Positions 51,654 to 61,447 of a stretch of 64,000 bases of DNA are shown in pieces. Each line of letters starts with the position of its first letter. The first letter of the stretch is position 1. The stretch covers positions 780,201 through 844,200 of the forward strand of contig CAVYSW010000010.1 in the NCBI GenBank assembly GCA_963771275.1, given 5' to 3'. Both the position numbers and the translations under genes were made by a program. The DNA is from an uncultured Gemmatimonadales bacterium. GTDB lineage: Bacteria > Gemmatimonadota > Gemmatimonadetes > Gemmatimonadales > GWC2-71-9. The notes under the pieces were generated by a model that was not told where the DNA came from, searched no databases, and saw nothing but the letters and a program-made list of their open reading frames with translations.

Positions 51654-51686
51654 TCGGCTATCGGCTGTCGGCTATCGGTTATCGGC
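51654..51686. repeat. TCGGCTA heptamer array (left arm); inverted partner TAGCCGA at 52363-52384
   Basis: TCGGCTA TCGGCTG TCGGCTA TCGGTTA TCGGC. Confidence 0.85.
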
Positions 51687-51778
51687 CCCACTGATGGATG
51701 ACGTGCCGCGTGGTTTTGCCTACCTCCCCGGCCGAGCGTACCTTACTGTGTGTGCCATCTTGACCATGGTGGCGCCCC

Positions 51779-52354
51779 ATGCCGGTCGCGAAGCTGTCAC
51801 GCGAGTTCTACCAGAAGTTCGGGGACAAGATCACCAACGAGCTGGTGGGCTGCTTGAATTCCATCGAGACGAGCTACCGAGCGGAGCTCCGCGACCTGTT
51901 CGAGGCGCAGTTCGGGCGCTTCGAGGAGAAGCTCGCGCACCATGTGGCCGAGACCGAGGCCCGCTTTGGGCGGTTCGAGGAGAAGCTCGCGCACCACATC
52001 GCCGAAACCAGGGCGCTGATCGCGCACCACATCGCCGAAACCAAGGCGCTGCTCGAGCATGGCCTGGCCGAAAACCGGGCGCTGCTCGAGCACGGCCTGG
52101 CCGAAAACCGGGCGCTGCTCGAGCACGGCCTGGCCGACGACCGGGTGCTGCTCGAGCACGGCCTGGCCGAAAACCGGGCGCTGCTCGAGTACGGCTTGGC
52201 CGAAACCCGGGGCGAGCTGAGGACGGAGTTCCGCACGGACATGGCGCAGCTCCGGGTGGAAATCCACGCGGTCAAGGCGGAGCTGCTCAAGTGGAACTTC
52301 GTGTTCTGGGTTCCGGTGGCGCTGGCGCTGATCGGGCTGTACGTGAAGACGTGA
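51779..52354 (+). CDS. DUF1640/CCDC90-like membrane-anchored coiled-coil protein with 11-aa repeats
   Basis: N-terminal head, ALLEHGLAENR x5, C-terminal KAELLKW followed by a TM anchor. Confidence 0.7.
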   Translation: MPVAKLSREFYQKFGDKITNELVGCLNSIETSYRAELRDLFEAQFGRFEEKLAHHVAETEARFGRFEEKLAHHIAETRALIAHHIAETKALLEHGLAENRALLEHGLAENRALLEHGLADDRVLLEHGLAENRALLEYGLAETRGELRTEFRTDMAQLRVEIHAVKAELLKWNFVFWVPVALALIGLYVKT

Positions 52355-52514
52355 TGCACCAGTAGCCGATGGCCGATGGCGGATCGTCGTCAGCTGCGAT
52401 GTTGATCGGGTAGCCGCCAGTAGGAAGCCGCTCAAGCGGCCACTCGGCACCATCTGTCGCACGAAGGCGACCCCGCTCGCGTTCTTGCCAACTCGGCCGA
52501 GGAGTGCCCATCGT

Positions 52515-53049
52515 ATGGCCATGCCCGATACTGCTCGCCGCTACACCGTCGAGGAAGTGCTGGCGTTCCCGAGCGACGGGAACCGGTACGAGCTGGTGGA
52601 CGGGGAGCTGCTAGTGACGCCGGCCCCCGCCGGCACCAGCTCGTAGGCGGATCTGCATCTGCGACGGTACTGCCGGCAATCCGGTCTGGAGCCGTTCTCC
52701 CCCGCGGACATCCGGTGGCCGGGCGAGGTGCTGGTGCAGCCGGACGTGTTCGTCGTGCCGGCCGAGGAGCTCGCGGCCGCAGGACTGGTCTGGCGTTCGG
52801 ACGCTGGCCCTCGCGGTCGAGGTGGTGTCTCCCAGCTCGTCGCGCTACGACCGGGTCACCAAGCGGCGGGTCTATCAGCGGCACGGCGTGGCGACTTACT
52901 GGGTGGTGGATCCCGACGCCCGCCTGGTGGAGGTCTGGCACCCGGAGGATGACCGCCCCGAGATCGTGACGGACGTGCTGCGCTGGCGCATTCGCCCCGA
53001 CGCACCGGAGCTCGAGATCACGCTGGAGGACGTGTTTCGCGACGTGTGA
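52515..53049 (+). pseudogene. Second Uma2 paralog, frameshifted (pseudogene or assembly error)
   Basis: Start MAMPDTARRYTVEEVLAFPSDGNRYELVDGELLVTPAP is identical to 49274; frame breaks near 52630-52700 and about 52780; the C-terminus YWVVDP..HPEDDRPEIV is intact. Confidence 0.8.
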
Positions 53050-53054
53050 GCGGT

Positions 53055-53172
53055 GAGCCAATAGCCGATAGCCGATAGCGGATGGCCGATTGCCCCGTGG
53101 TGGTTCTCGCCACCAGCGGGTGACCGCGGCGCGCCCGGCCCTATCGGCTTTCAGCCATCGGCTATCGGCCAT
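53055..53172. repeat. Inverted TAGCCGA / TCGGCTA arrays after the second Uma2
   Basis: TAGCCGA TAGCCGA TAGCGGA TGGCCGA ... CTATCGG CTTTCAG CCATCGG CTATCGG. Confidence 0.85.
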
Positions 53173-53519
53173 GCCCTAACCCATTGACCGAATGCCAGTT
53201 ACGCGTGTCGCAGGTTCCAGCGCTCAAGGCCCCCCATTCGCCTCCTCTCGAACATCCGCTTGGCAACGCGGCGTTCGTTAGCTAGGAACATCCTGAGACT
53301 TGGCGGGGAACAGTCAGCAGGGCTCGTCTGCCGGCGCCTCACAAACCCGACAAGTCTTGTTGTTGTGCTCTGACGGCAGCTGTCCCATACTGGCGCGTCT
53401 ACGACCTGCCGGTGGCCCTCCCAGGCCCGCCGCTCGACCGACGCCGCAGCATGACGCCCGCCCCGTGGCGTGACCTTGGGCCTTCGACGAGATCGCATCC
53501 TCCGGACCGAGGTTCCCTC

Positions 53520-55829
53520 ATGCGCAGCGGTCTCTCCCTCGGAGCAGCCACGCTATCGGTGTGTGCCCTCGCGGGCTGCTGGGACGGTGACGCACTCACC
53601 GAGCCCCTCGCTTCCCCGGCCGTACAGGCAGTCCATTGCAGGGCCGACGTCACCGTCGGAACGCTCACATGCGGATCGCCAACCGTCGACGCGGCGTCCG
53701 GGCCGCAGCTCGCGATTACGCTCGGCGGCCAGGACCTGTACGTGCGCCTCGCCTCCAGCAACGTGAGCTACGACGGCTCGGATGTGTTTCAGGCGGATGT
53801 CACCATCCGGAGCCTGATCGCTCAACCGCTGGGCACACTGGACGGGACCACGCTCACCGGGATCAAGGTGTTCTTCCACTCGGGACCCGTGGTGACGAGC
53901 GGCGATGGCTCGGTGACGGTGGCAAACGCCGATGGCACCGGGACGTTCACGGGCGTGAACCAGCCCTACTTCGAGTACAACACGATCCTCGAGCGAGGCG
54001 AGACCTCGGCGTCGAAGACGTGGCAATGGAGCGTGCCGCCGACGGTCGCGACGTTCGAGTTCTCCGTGTTGGTGAACGCGGACATCCCCCACGAGCAGGG
54101 TGTGCTCCAGTGGTCGAAAGTGCTCGGGAGTCGTCTGTGGGACGTGTGGGGCAGCTCACCGACGGATGTCTTCGCCGTGAGTGGTGATGGCGGGATTCTC
54201 CACTACGACGGTTCGGGCTGGGTCAGGCAGGCCGGCGGAAACCCGGAGCCGCTCTATGGTGTCTGGGGCAGCTCCTCGACGGACATCTTTGCCGTGGGGT
54301 CTTTCGGTACGATTCTGCGCTACAACGGCGACGACGTGGAGCACGCAGGCGAGCGGGACGACTTCACACCTCTGGGGCGTATGGGGCAGCTCCTCCACGG
54401 ACGTCTTTGCGGTGGGCGCCGGCGGCAGGATCGTGCACAACGATGGCTCGGGGTGGACCACGCAGGCCAGCGGGACAGGGTCGTCGCTGCAGGCCGTCTG
54501 GGGCAGCTCATCGACGGACGTGTTCGCGGTCGGTACGTCGTATGGCGACGATGCCTATGTGCTGCACTATAACGGATCGAGTTGGACTGCGCTGCTTTGG
54601 GGAACGGACCCGGCGGCCACGAGCCTCTACGGGGTCTGGGGCACCTCCTCGACTGACGTCTTCGCCGTCGGCTCCGCGGTGGGCTACGACGGCCTGATCT
54701 TGCACTACGACGGCTCGGGCTGGACCGCACAGGTCCTCGGGATCGGGGCGCCCACGTTCTACGCCGTCTGGGGCACCTCCTCGACCGACGTCTTCGCGCT
54801 GGGGGCCAGTGGCAGGATCTTCCACTACGACGGCACGGGCTGGAGCGAGCAGACCACCCCGACGATCTCAACGCTCTATGGTGCGTGGGGCAGCTCCTCG
54901 ACGGACGTCTTTGCCGTCGGGCACCTCGGTACTACCCTGCACTACAACGGCAGCGACGTGGAGCGCCCAGACCGGCGCGATCGCTCCATCTCTCAACAGC
55001 GTGTGGGGCAGCTCCTCCACGGACGTCTTTGCCGTAGGGTCTAGCGGCACGATCATGCACTACAACGGCACGAGGTGGAGCGGCCCGACCATCGAGACCG
55101 GTTCAGCTCTCAACGGCGTGTGGGGCAGCTCCTCCACGGACGTCTTTGCCGTGGGGGCGGGTGGCACGATCCTGCACTACAACGGCACGACGTGGGGCAC
55201 GCAGTCAAGCGGCACGACTTCAAATCTCTACGGTGTGTGGGGCAGCTCCGCCGCGGATGTCTTCGCGGTGGGTGCCGACGCCACGATCCTGCACTACGAC
55301 GGCATGAGCTGGAGCACGCAGACAAACGGGACCGGGAGCCATCTTCGGTGTCTGGGGCAGCTCCCCGACGAACGTCTTCGCGGTAGGAGTCGCGGGCTGG
55401 ATCCTGCACTACGACGGCGCGAGCTGGCATGAGGACCGAGCCAGCACGCCGGGCAGCGCCGACCACATGGCCGTGTGGGGCAGCTCCGCCACGGACGTCT
55501 TTGTCGCGGGGTTGGGCGGTGGGTTCAGGCATTACGACGGGTCGAACTGGACCGCGATGACCAACGGCACCGCCATCGACTACATGTACGCGGTGTGGGG
55601 CACCTCGTCGGCGGACGTGTATGCGGTGGGCTGTACGTACACCTCCGTTGGAAATCTGTACGAGGCCACGGTCATTCACTACAACGGCACGAGCTGGACC
55701 GAGCAACTGCGGCGGTCCACGGGGATGGACGGGACTTCCAGTTGCGACCTCCATGGAGTCTGGGGCAGCTCACCCACCCGTGTCTTTGCGGTTGGGGGCT
55801 ACGGGACGGTGTTCCACGGAACGCGGTGA
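53520..55829 (+). CDS. Lipoprotein: conserved N-terminal beta domain + 14 WGSSxxDVFAVG repeats (probable double beta-propeller); 3 frameshifts
   Basis: Lipobox LAGC; the repeats continue across ORFs 53412, 54181, 54809 and 55467, with breaks near 54330, 54952 and 55345. Confidence 0.8.
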
Positions 55830-56021
55830 GGAGGGCGATCGAGACACGCTGCCGGCGCTCGGGTGGGACTCGTCAGAGTGAGGGGGACATGCCTGTTGGG
55901 CACGTGCAACAGCAGCCTGGATCCAAGGTTCCCGCGTGGAGGTTGCGCGCCGGGCCGTCAGGGTGAAGTATTGCGAATCCGACTCCGCTAGCGATCGAGT
56001 GCCCAGCCGTTGGAGGCGACG

Positions 56022-57725
56022 ATGCAGCCTGTTGTCCGGCACCTCACGTGGACGCTCGTAGTGTGCGCCGTGCCGCTCCTCGCCAACGGTTGTTCCGACC
56101 TGCCGGTCGACACGTCCGCGCCAGCCGTGACCCCGGCGGGGCCAAGCGCGTGGCGGAACTTCGCGGTCGCGGTCACCTGTACGGCGAGCGTCGCGCAGGG
56201 CAGCCTCACCTGCAGGCAGCCCCGTCCAACCACGGGCCCCTTCGGACCCAACTTTCTGATCGTGGGTGGGCAGAATCAGTTCGTGCAGCTCGCATCCAGC
56301 GGTGTGAGCTACGACGGCAGCGACATCTTTCAGGCCAACGTGACCGTGAAGGTCCTGTTCGGGCAGCCCATGGGCACCACTGACAGCACGACACCCACGG
56401 GCGTGCGCGTGTTCTTCCACAGCGGCCCCACCACGACGAGCGGCGACGGGTCCGTCACCGTAGCCAATGCGGACGGCACCGATACGTTCACCGGCACCAA
56501 CCAGCCCTATCACCTCTACAACCAGATCCTGTTCACCAACACGACCTCCGCACCCAAGACCTGGCGGTGGCACGTCCCGAACACGGTCAACACGTTCGAC
56601 TTCGAGGTCTACGTCGAGGGCGACGTGCCGTACCCCAACGGGTGGGTGAACGTGGCCCCGAATCCAACAGCGGTGGCACCGGGGGGGCAGGCTTCGCTCG
56701 GCGCGACCGTCCTCGATGTCGTCACGCGAACACTCGGGGGCTCGGTCACGTGGTCCAGCGGGGACGACGCGATCGCGACGGTGAGCGGTACCGGACTCGT
56801 GCTGGGGGTCGCGCCGGGCGTGGTGGACATCACCGCCTCGAACGGCGGGCCGCAGGCGGATGGGTATTCGCGAGTCACCGTGATCGGCAGTGGGTTCAAC
56901 ATCGCACTGCGCCTCCAGCCGGGCGCTTCCACTCCGCCGCAGTACGTGTTGGACGCGTTCGAGATCGCCGCGGCCCGTTGGGAGACGCTGATCACGGGGG
57001 ACCTGTCGAACGTGCTCATACAGAACCAGGCCGTCAGCTGCGCGCCGGCCTTGAACGAGGTCATTGACGACCTGCTGATCTTCATGGACATCGTGCCGAT
57101 CGACGGTGCCGGCGGGATCCTGGGGCAGGCCGGCCCCTGCTACTACCGCTCGACGGGTCACCTCCCGATCACCGGCATGATGCAGTTCGACGTCGACGAC
57201 CTGGCCGCTCTCCACACATCCGGCCAGCTTGAGCAGGTGATCCTCCACGAGATGGGACACGTCCTCGGCATCGGATCGTACTGGAACGCCCTCGGCCTGC
57301 TGAACCCGAGCAATTGCAGCGCCGCGTCACCGGATCCGTACTTCAGCGGCGCGTCCGCCGTGGCCGCCTTCGATGCGGCCGGTGGGACCACCTACGTGGG
57401 CAACAAGGTGCCGGTCGAGAACACTGGCGGAGCGGGCACCGTGTGCTCGCACTGGCGCGAGAGCGTGCTGGACAACGAGCTGATGACGGGATGGCTCAAT
57501 GCGGGCACCAATCTGCTCAGCGCGATCACCGTGGAGTCGCTGGCCGACATGGGGTACACGGTGAACGCGGCCGGTGCCGATGCGTACACCCTCCCATCGG
57601 CGCCGCTGCCGGCCATACGCGCCGGGGCGATCTTCCTCAACAACGACATCCTCGTCGGCCCCGCCTACATGGTGGACGAGCAGGGCCGCGTGACGGTGAT
57701 CCAGCGGCCGTGGCTGGAACAGTGA
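56022..57725 (+). CDS. Lipoprotein: same N-terminal domain + Ig-like domain + leishmanolysin-like (M8) zinc metallopeptidase
   Basis: Lipobox ANGC; VTWSSGDDAIATVSGTGLV (Ig/Big2-like); ILGQAGPC, HEMGHVLG, SHWRE..NELMTG. Confidence 0.88.
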   Translation: MQPVVRHLTWTLVVCAVPLLANGCSDLPVDTSAPAVTPAGPSAWRNFAVAVTCTASVAQGSLTCRQPRPTTGPFGPNFLIVGGQNQFVQLASSGVSYDGSDIFQANVTVKVLFGQPMGTTDSTTPTGVRVFFHSGPTTTSGDGSVTVANADGTDTFTGTNQPYHLYNQILFTNTTSAPKTWRWHVPNTVNTFDFEVYVEGDVPYPNGWVNVAPNPTAVAPGGQASLGATVLDVVTRTLGGSVTWSSGDDAIATVSGTGLVLGVAPGVVDITASNGGPQADGYSRVTVIGSGFNIALRLQPGASTPPQYVLDAFEIAAARWETLITGDLSNVLIQNQAVSCAPALNEVIDDLLIFMDIVPIDGAGGILGQAGPCYYRSTGHLPITGMMQFDVDDLAALHTSGQLEQVILHEMGHVLGIGSYWNALGLLNPSNCSAASPDPYFSGASAVAAFDAAGGTTYVGNKVPVENTGGAGTVCSHWRESVLDNELMTGWLNAGTNLLSAITVESLADMGYTVNAAGADAYTLPSAPLPAIRAGAIFLNNDILVGPAYMVDEQGRVTVIQRPWLEQ

Positions 57726-57784
57726 GCGGCCAAACGCGGAGTGACCGATCCGACAACCAGCGCGCGCTGCGCAGGAGTCATGCG

Positions 57785-57950
57785 ATGAACACGACTAACC
57801 AGCAGTCTCCCACACCGGACGCCCCGCGCCGGCCGTGGACCCCCCCGACGGTGGAGGATCTGCCGAAGCTGACCGACCTCACGCTGCTCACGGGCAGACC
57901 CGATCGGCGGCGGCGGCGGCACCGGGGGCGGAGGCTCGTCGGTCTTCTAG
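57785..57950 (+). CDS. Putative RiPP precursor with lasso-type leader (needs removal of 1 nt at about 57896)
   Basis: AGGAG RBS; MNTTNQQSPTPDAPRRPWTPPTVEDLPKLTDLTL-LTGxPIGGGGGTGGGGSSVF*; TAG at 57948-57950 lies just before the rSAM start. Confidence 0.75.
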
Positions 57951-57953
57951 CCC

Positions 57954-58962
57954 GTGCCGATGCTCGTAGGCTTTGCCGTCACGGAGCACTGCAACCTGCG
58001 GTGCCCCCACTGCATCCGCGACGACGTGACCACCGTACGCTCGCTCGAGCCCGAGCTGATCGCCGCGGTGCTGGATCAGGCAGCGGCCCTGTTCGGGCCG
58101 GTCACGGCGAGCTTCACGGGAGGCGAGCCGCTGCTGCACGCCGAGTTCGGCCGCATCGTGGCGGACTGCGCCGCGCGTGACGTGCCGTACCGCTTCGTCA
58201 CCAACGCCTGGCACTTGAAGCGGGCCGTCCCGCTGCTGCGCCGTCATCGCCCGCAATCCGTGCGGCTGAGCCTCTCCGGGGCGAGCGAAGCCACCCATGA
58301 CGCCGAGCGCGGCCAGGGGAGCTTCCGCCGGGTCCTGCTCGGCGCGGCGCTGCTCACGAACGAGCGGATTCCCGCCTACCTGTCGATCGTGATCGACCGC
58401 CGCAACCGCCACGAGCTCCGGACCGCCGCGGACCTCGCCGAGCAGCTGGGGTGCCTCGGCATCGGGTTCATCCTGCCGCAGCCCACACCCGGCAGCGCCG
58501 CGCGGGACAGCGATCTCCCACCCGAGGATTGGCTGCCGACGGTGCGCGCGGTCCAAGCGCTCGCGGCTGAACCGGGACGACGCTCGGCGGTGACTCTGGA
58601 CTACGGCCACCCGTTCGAGGGCGCGGAAGCACCGTGCGAGACCTTCTCGCGGGCAGCGGATCTACGTCGACACCAAGGGCCGGCTCTGCACCTGCTGCCA
58701 GCTCTCCGGGTTCGGCTTCAACGAGACTGAGGTCGTCGCGGATCTGCACGACGTCTCGCTGGCCGAGGCGTACGAGCGATACGTCCAGCGGGTCGAAGCG
58801 CTGCGCCGGGCCCAGCGGCCTGGGATCGGGAGTCCGCACATCACCGATCCGTTCCCCTGCCTCCGCTGCTGCGTTGCGAGCGGGAAGCTCGAGTGGCTCT
58901 CCCGGCACCCGGGGTCGCACTGGCACCGCGCCGCGCATCGGACGATCACGTCGGCGGCGTGA
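57954..58962 (+). CDS. Radical SAM protein with Twitch/SPASM-like C-terminus (frameshift at about 58650)
   Basis: CNLRCPHC, FTGGEPLL, VTNA, HDAERG..SF; after the shift: C..RIYVDTKGRLCTCCQL...ADLHDVSLAE...FPCLRCC. Confidence 0.88.
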
Positions 58963-58980
58963 TCCGTCAGGTCCACCGGC

Positions 58981-59990
58981 ATGTCGTCCCCATCCACCGT
59001 CTTCATTCGCGCGCTGCGATGGACCACGGCCGCTCTCCGTCACCGGCGCCTGGTCGGCGCCTCCGCCTTGCTGTGCGCGGTCCTGGCGACGGTCGCCACG
59101 CTCGTCTACGGTCCCGAGTACACGGCTGAGTCGTCCTACATTCCCCACATTTCGCCCTACATGTCGGGGTCCGCTCCGATCCAGTTCACCGCGCTGCTGG
59201 GTGGGGCCGGTGTTCGCATACCCTATTCCGAAGCCAGCGAACAGCCCATGTTCTATGAGGAGCTCGTGACGTCGCGCACGATCCTCACCGAGGTCGCGCG
59301 GTTCACCTATCGGTTCCCCCGCCGCCAGGACGGTACGGACAGCCTCGAAGGCAATCTCCTCGCGCTGTGGGGTACGGACGGTGACTCCGAGGAGGAGCGC
59401 CTGGCTGCCGCGCTCGATCGTCTCGAACGCATGGTGTCGGCGGACATGGACCTGAGAACCGGCATCGTCACCGTGAAGACGCGGGCCCGCTGGCCGGATC
59501 TCGCCGAGCAGATGAACCGCCGCATCCTGCAGGCGATCCAGGAGTTCATCTTCCTCAAGCGGAGCGAGCGGTACGAGGCGATGCACGCGTTTGCCGAAGG
59601 GCGGACCCAGGTGGCTGCGCGGGAGCTGTCGAGCGCGGAAGGCGCGCTGCTCGACTTCAACGTGCGCAACCGCCGGTTCGACAACTCACCCCAGCTCGAG
59701 CTGGAAGAACGGCGCCTCCGGGACGAGATGGAGCGGCAGTTGGAGTTCCACACTTCGCTGCTCCTGGCGGCGGAGGAGACGAGCGTCGAGCGGCTGCGGG
59801 ATACGCCGTTCATCACCGTGATCGACTCGCCGGAGGGTGGCGCCCACCGCACGGGCCTTCGACTGCCGCTTGCGATCCCGGTGGGGCTGCTCTTCGGCGG
59901 GCTCCTGGGGATCGCGGCCGCCGTGGTCGTGGACGCGACCACCGTGGGTCGCCACTGGTCGCCACCGATCCCCGAGATCACCAGTCATGA
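58981..59990 (+). CDS. Wzz/polysaccharide co-polymerase-like protein (end uncertain, probable frameshift)
   Basis: N-terminal TM + PEYTAES, periplasmic coiled coil, VIDSP, C-terminal Gly-rich TM (GLLFGGLLG); no tyrosine kinase domain. Confidence 0.75.
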
Positions 59991-61172
59991 GCCGACGCAT
60001 ATGGGCCATCGGTCTCGGCCAGCCTGGGGCGCGAGCCCGGAGAGTGCTCGTGGGGCCATGCTCACCGCGACCGCGGGGAGCGTGCTCGTCGCGTGCGGTG
60101 ACACCACCGCCCCTGACGCGCTCGCCATCGAGATCGCCGGCCGCCTGGAGCGCAGCTGCCGTGGTGAGCCTGAGCGCGAGCTTCGAGGGGACACTCCTGG
60201 CCGATTCCGCGGTCACCTGGACCGCCGAGCCGGCCGGTGCCGTGATATTCCTCGGAGGAGGCAGCGCCACACTCGCCCAGGCGGGGCAAGTGACCTTCAC
60301 CGCGCACGCGGCGGTCGGAACCGGCGCGCGCACCATAACGGTGGCGACGCCTCCGACCATCGTGTTCGACCTGCTGCGCGACGGCAACCGCGACATCTAT
60401 CGGGCGGCGCTCGACGGCGGGGACCTGGCGCGCCTCACGACCGATCCCGGTGACGACGGCGATCCGACGGCGGTGGGCGATCGCGTCGTCTTCGTCAGCT
60501 ATCGGGATGGGAACGGCGAGCTGTATGCGACATCGCTGAGCGGAGGGGCGCCCACGAGGCTCACGTTCACCGACGTGGCCGAAGCGGGACCGGCATTGTC
60601 TCGGGACGGCGCGTGGCTCGCCTACACCAGGAGCGATGGGGGAGTACCCAAGCTGTGGGTGTCACTGTCCAACGGCGGTGCCGCGGCCCGGGTCACCGGG
60701 AGCTTCGGGTTCCCGGGCTCGATCGAGGCCAGCCCGTCCTGGGCTCCGAGCCGGGGATCGTCTGGCCTTCGTGTCCACGTCCGAGGGAACGGCGGACCTG
60801 TTCACCTATACGGTATCCACTGGAGCGTTCGCCCCGCTCGTGCCGGACTCGGCGTCGCGCGCGGAGGTCGAGCCCGCGTGGAGTCCCGATGGCGCGTGGG
60901 TCGCGTTTGCGACCGACCGCCCGGGCGATACCGAGATCTACCTGCTCGAGGTCGCGACGGGCGAGCTGCGTCGCCTGACCAATCGTCCCGATAGCGACGG
61001 ACAGCCGACCTGGGTGCCGGACGGGCGGCTGGTGTACGTCGCCTGGACCGGGGGCGCTCCCGGCCTCCGCTGGCTCGATCCGCAGGTACCGAGCGAGATT
61101 CACGACATCGACGTCGGGCCGGGCGAGCCACGCCACCCGGCCGGCGTTCTCCCGCTACCGGCGGCCCAATGA
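59987..61172 (+). CDS. Lipoprotein with Ig-like segment and TolB/PD40 beta-propeller (frameshifted)
   Basis: Lipobox LVAC; DGNRDIY, YRDGNGELY, PSWAP, PAWSPDG, GDTEIY repeats across ORFs 58981, 59837 and 60636. Confidence 0.75.
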
Positions 61173-61447
61173 GCGACGGCGCACCCGCTCCGCGATACGC
61201 GGTCTCGAAGGACGTGCTGACGGCCCATCTCGAGGGTGAAGCCGTGTTGCTGCACCTCGAGACCAAGCAGTACTACCGCCTCAACGAAACCGCGGCGGCC
61301 ATCTGGCGGGGCCTGGAAGGCGGCCTGGATCCGGCCGACATCGTTGGGGGCCTCGTCAAGGACTTCGAGATCGACGCCGCGACCGCTGAAGCCGAGGTCG
61401 AGCGGGTGCTCGGCGATCTGCGCGAACGGGGTCTCCTCGCATCGTGA
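61169..61447 (+). CDS. PqqD-family RiPP recognition element (lasso B1-like)
   Basis: EAVLLHLETKQYYRLNETAAAIW...LVKDFEID...LRERGLL. Confidence 0.92.
   Translation: MSDGAPAPRYAVSKDVLTAHLEGEAVLLHLETKQYYRLNETAAAIWRGLEGGLDPADIVGGLVKDFEIDAATAEAEVERVLGDLRERGLLAS

Noticed and set aside
51900..52210. CRISPR array (33-bp repeats)
   Set aside because: The repeats are contiguous, in-frame coding units with no spacers, and no cas genes are present.
54135..55800. CRISPR or DGR-like repeats (TGGGGCAGCTCCTC about every 117 nt)
   Set aside because: They are protein repeats varying at synonymous positions; there is no reverse transcriptase and no adenine-specific TR/VR pair.
58981..60453. 490-aa Wzz fusion protein as given by the ORF track
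   Set aside because: It reads through into a second gene's lipobox and then into out-of-frame sequence; better explained by frameshifts joining two genes.
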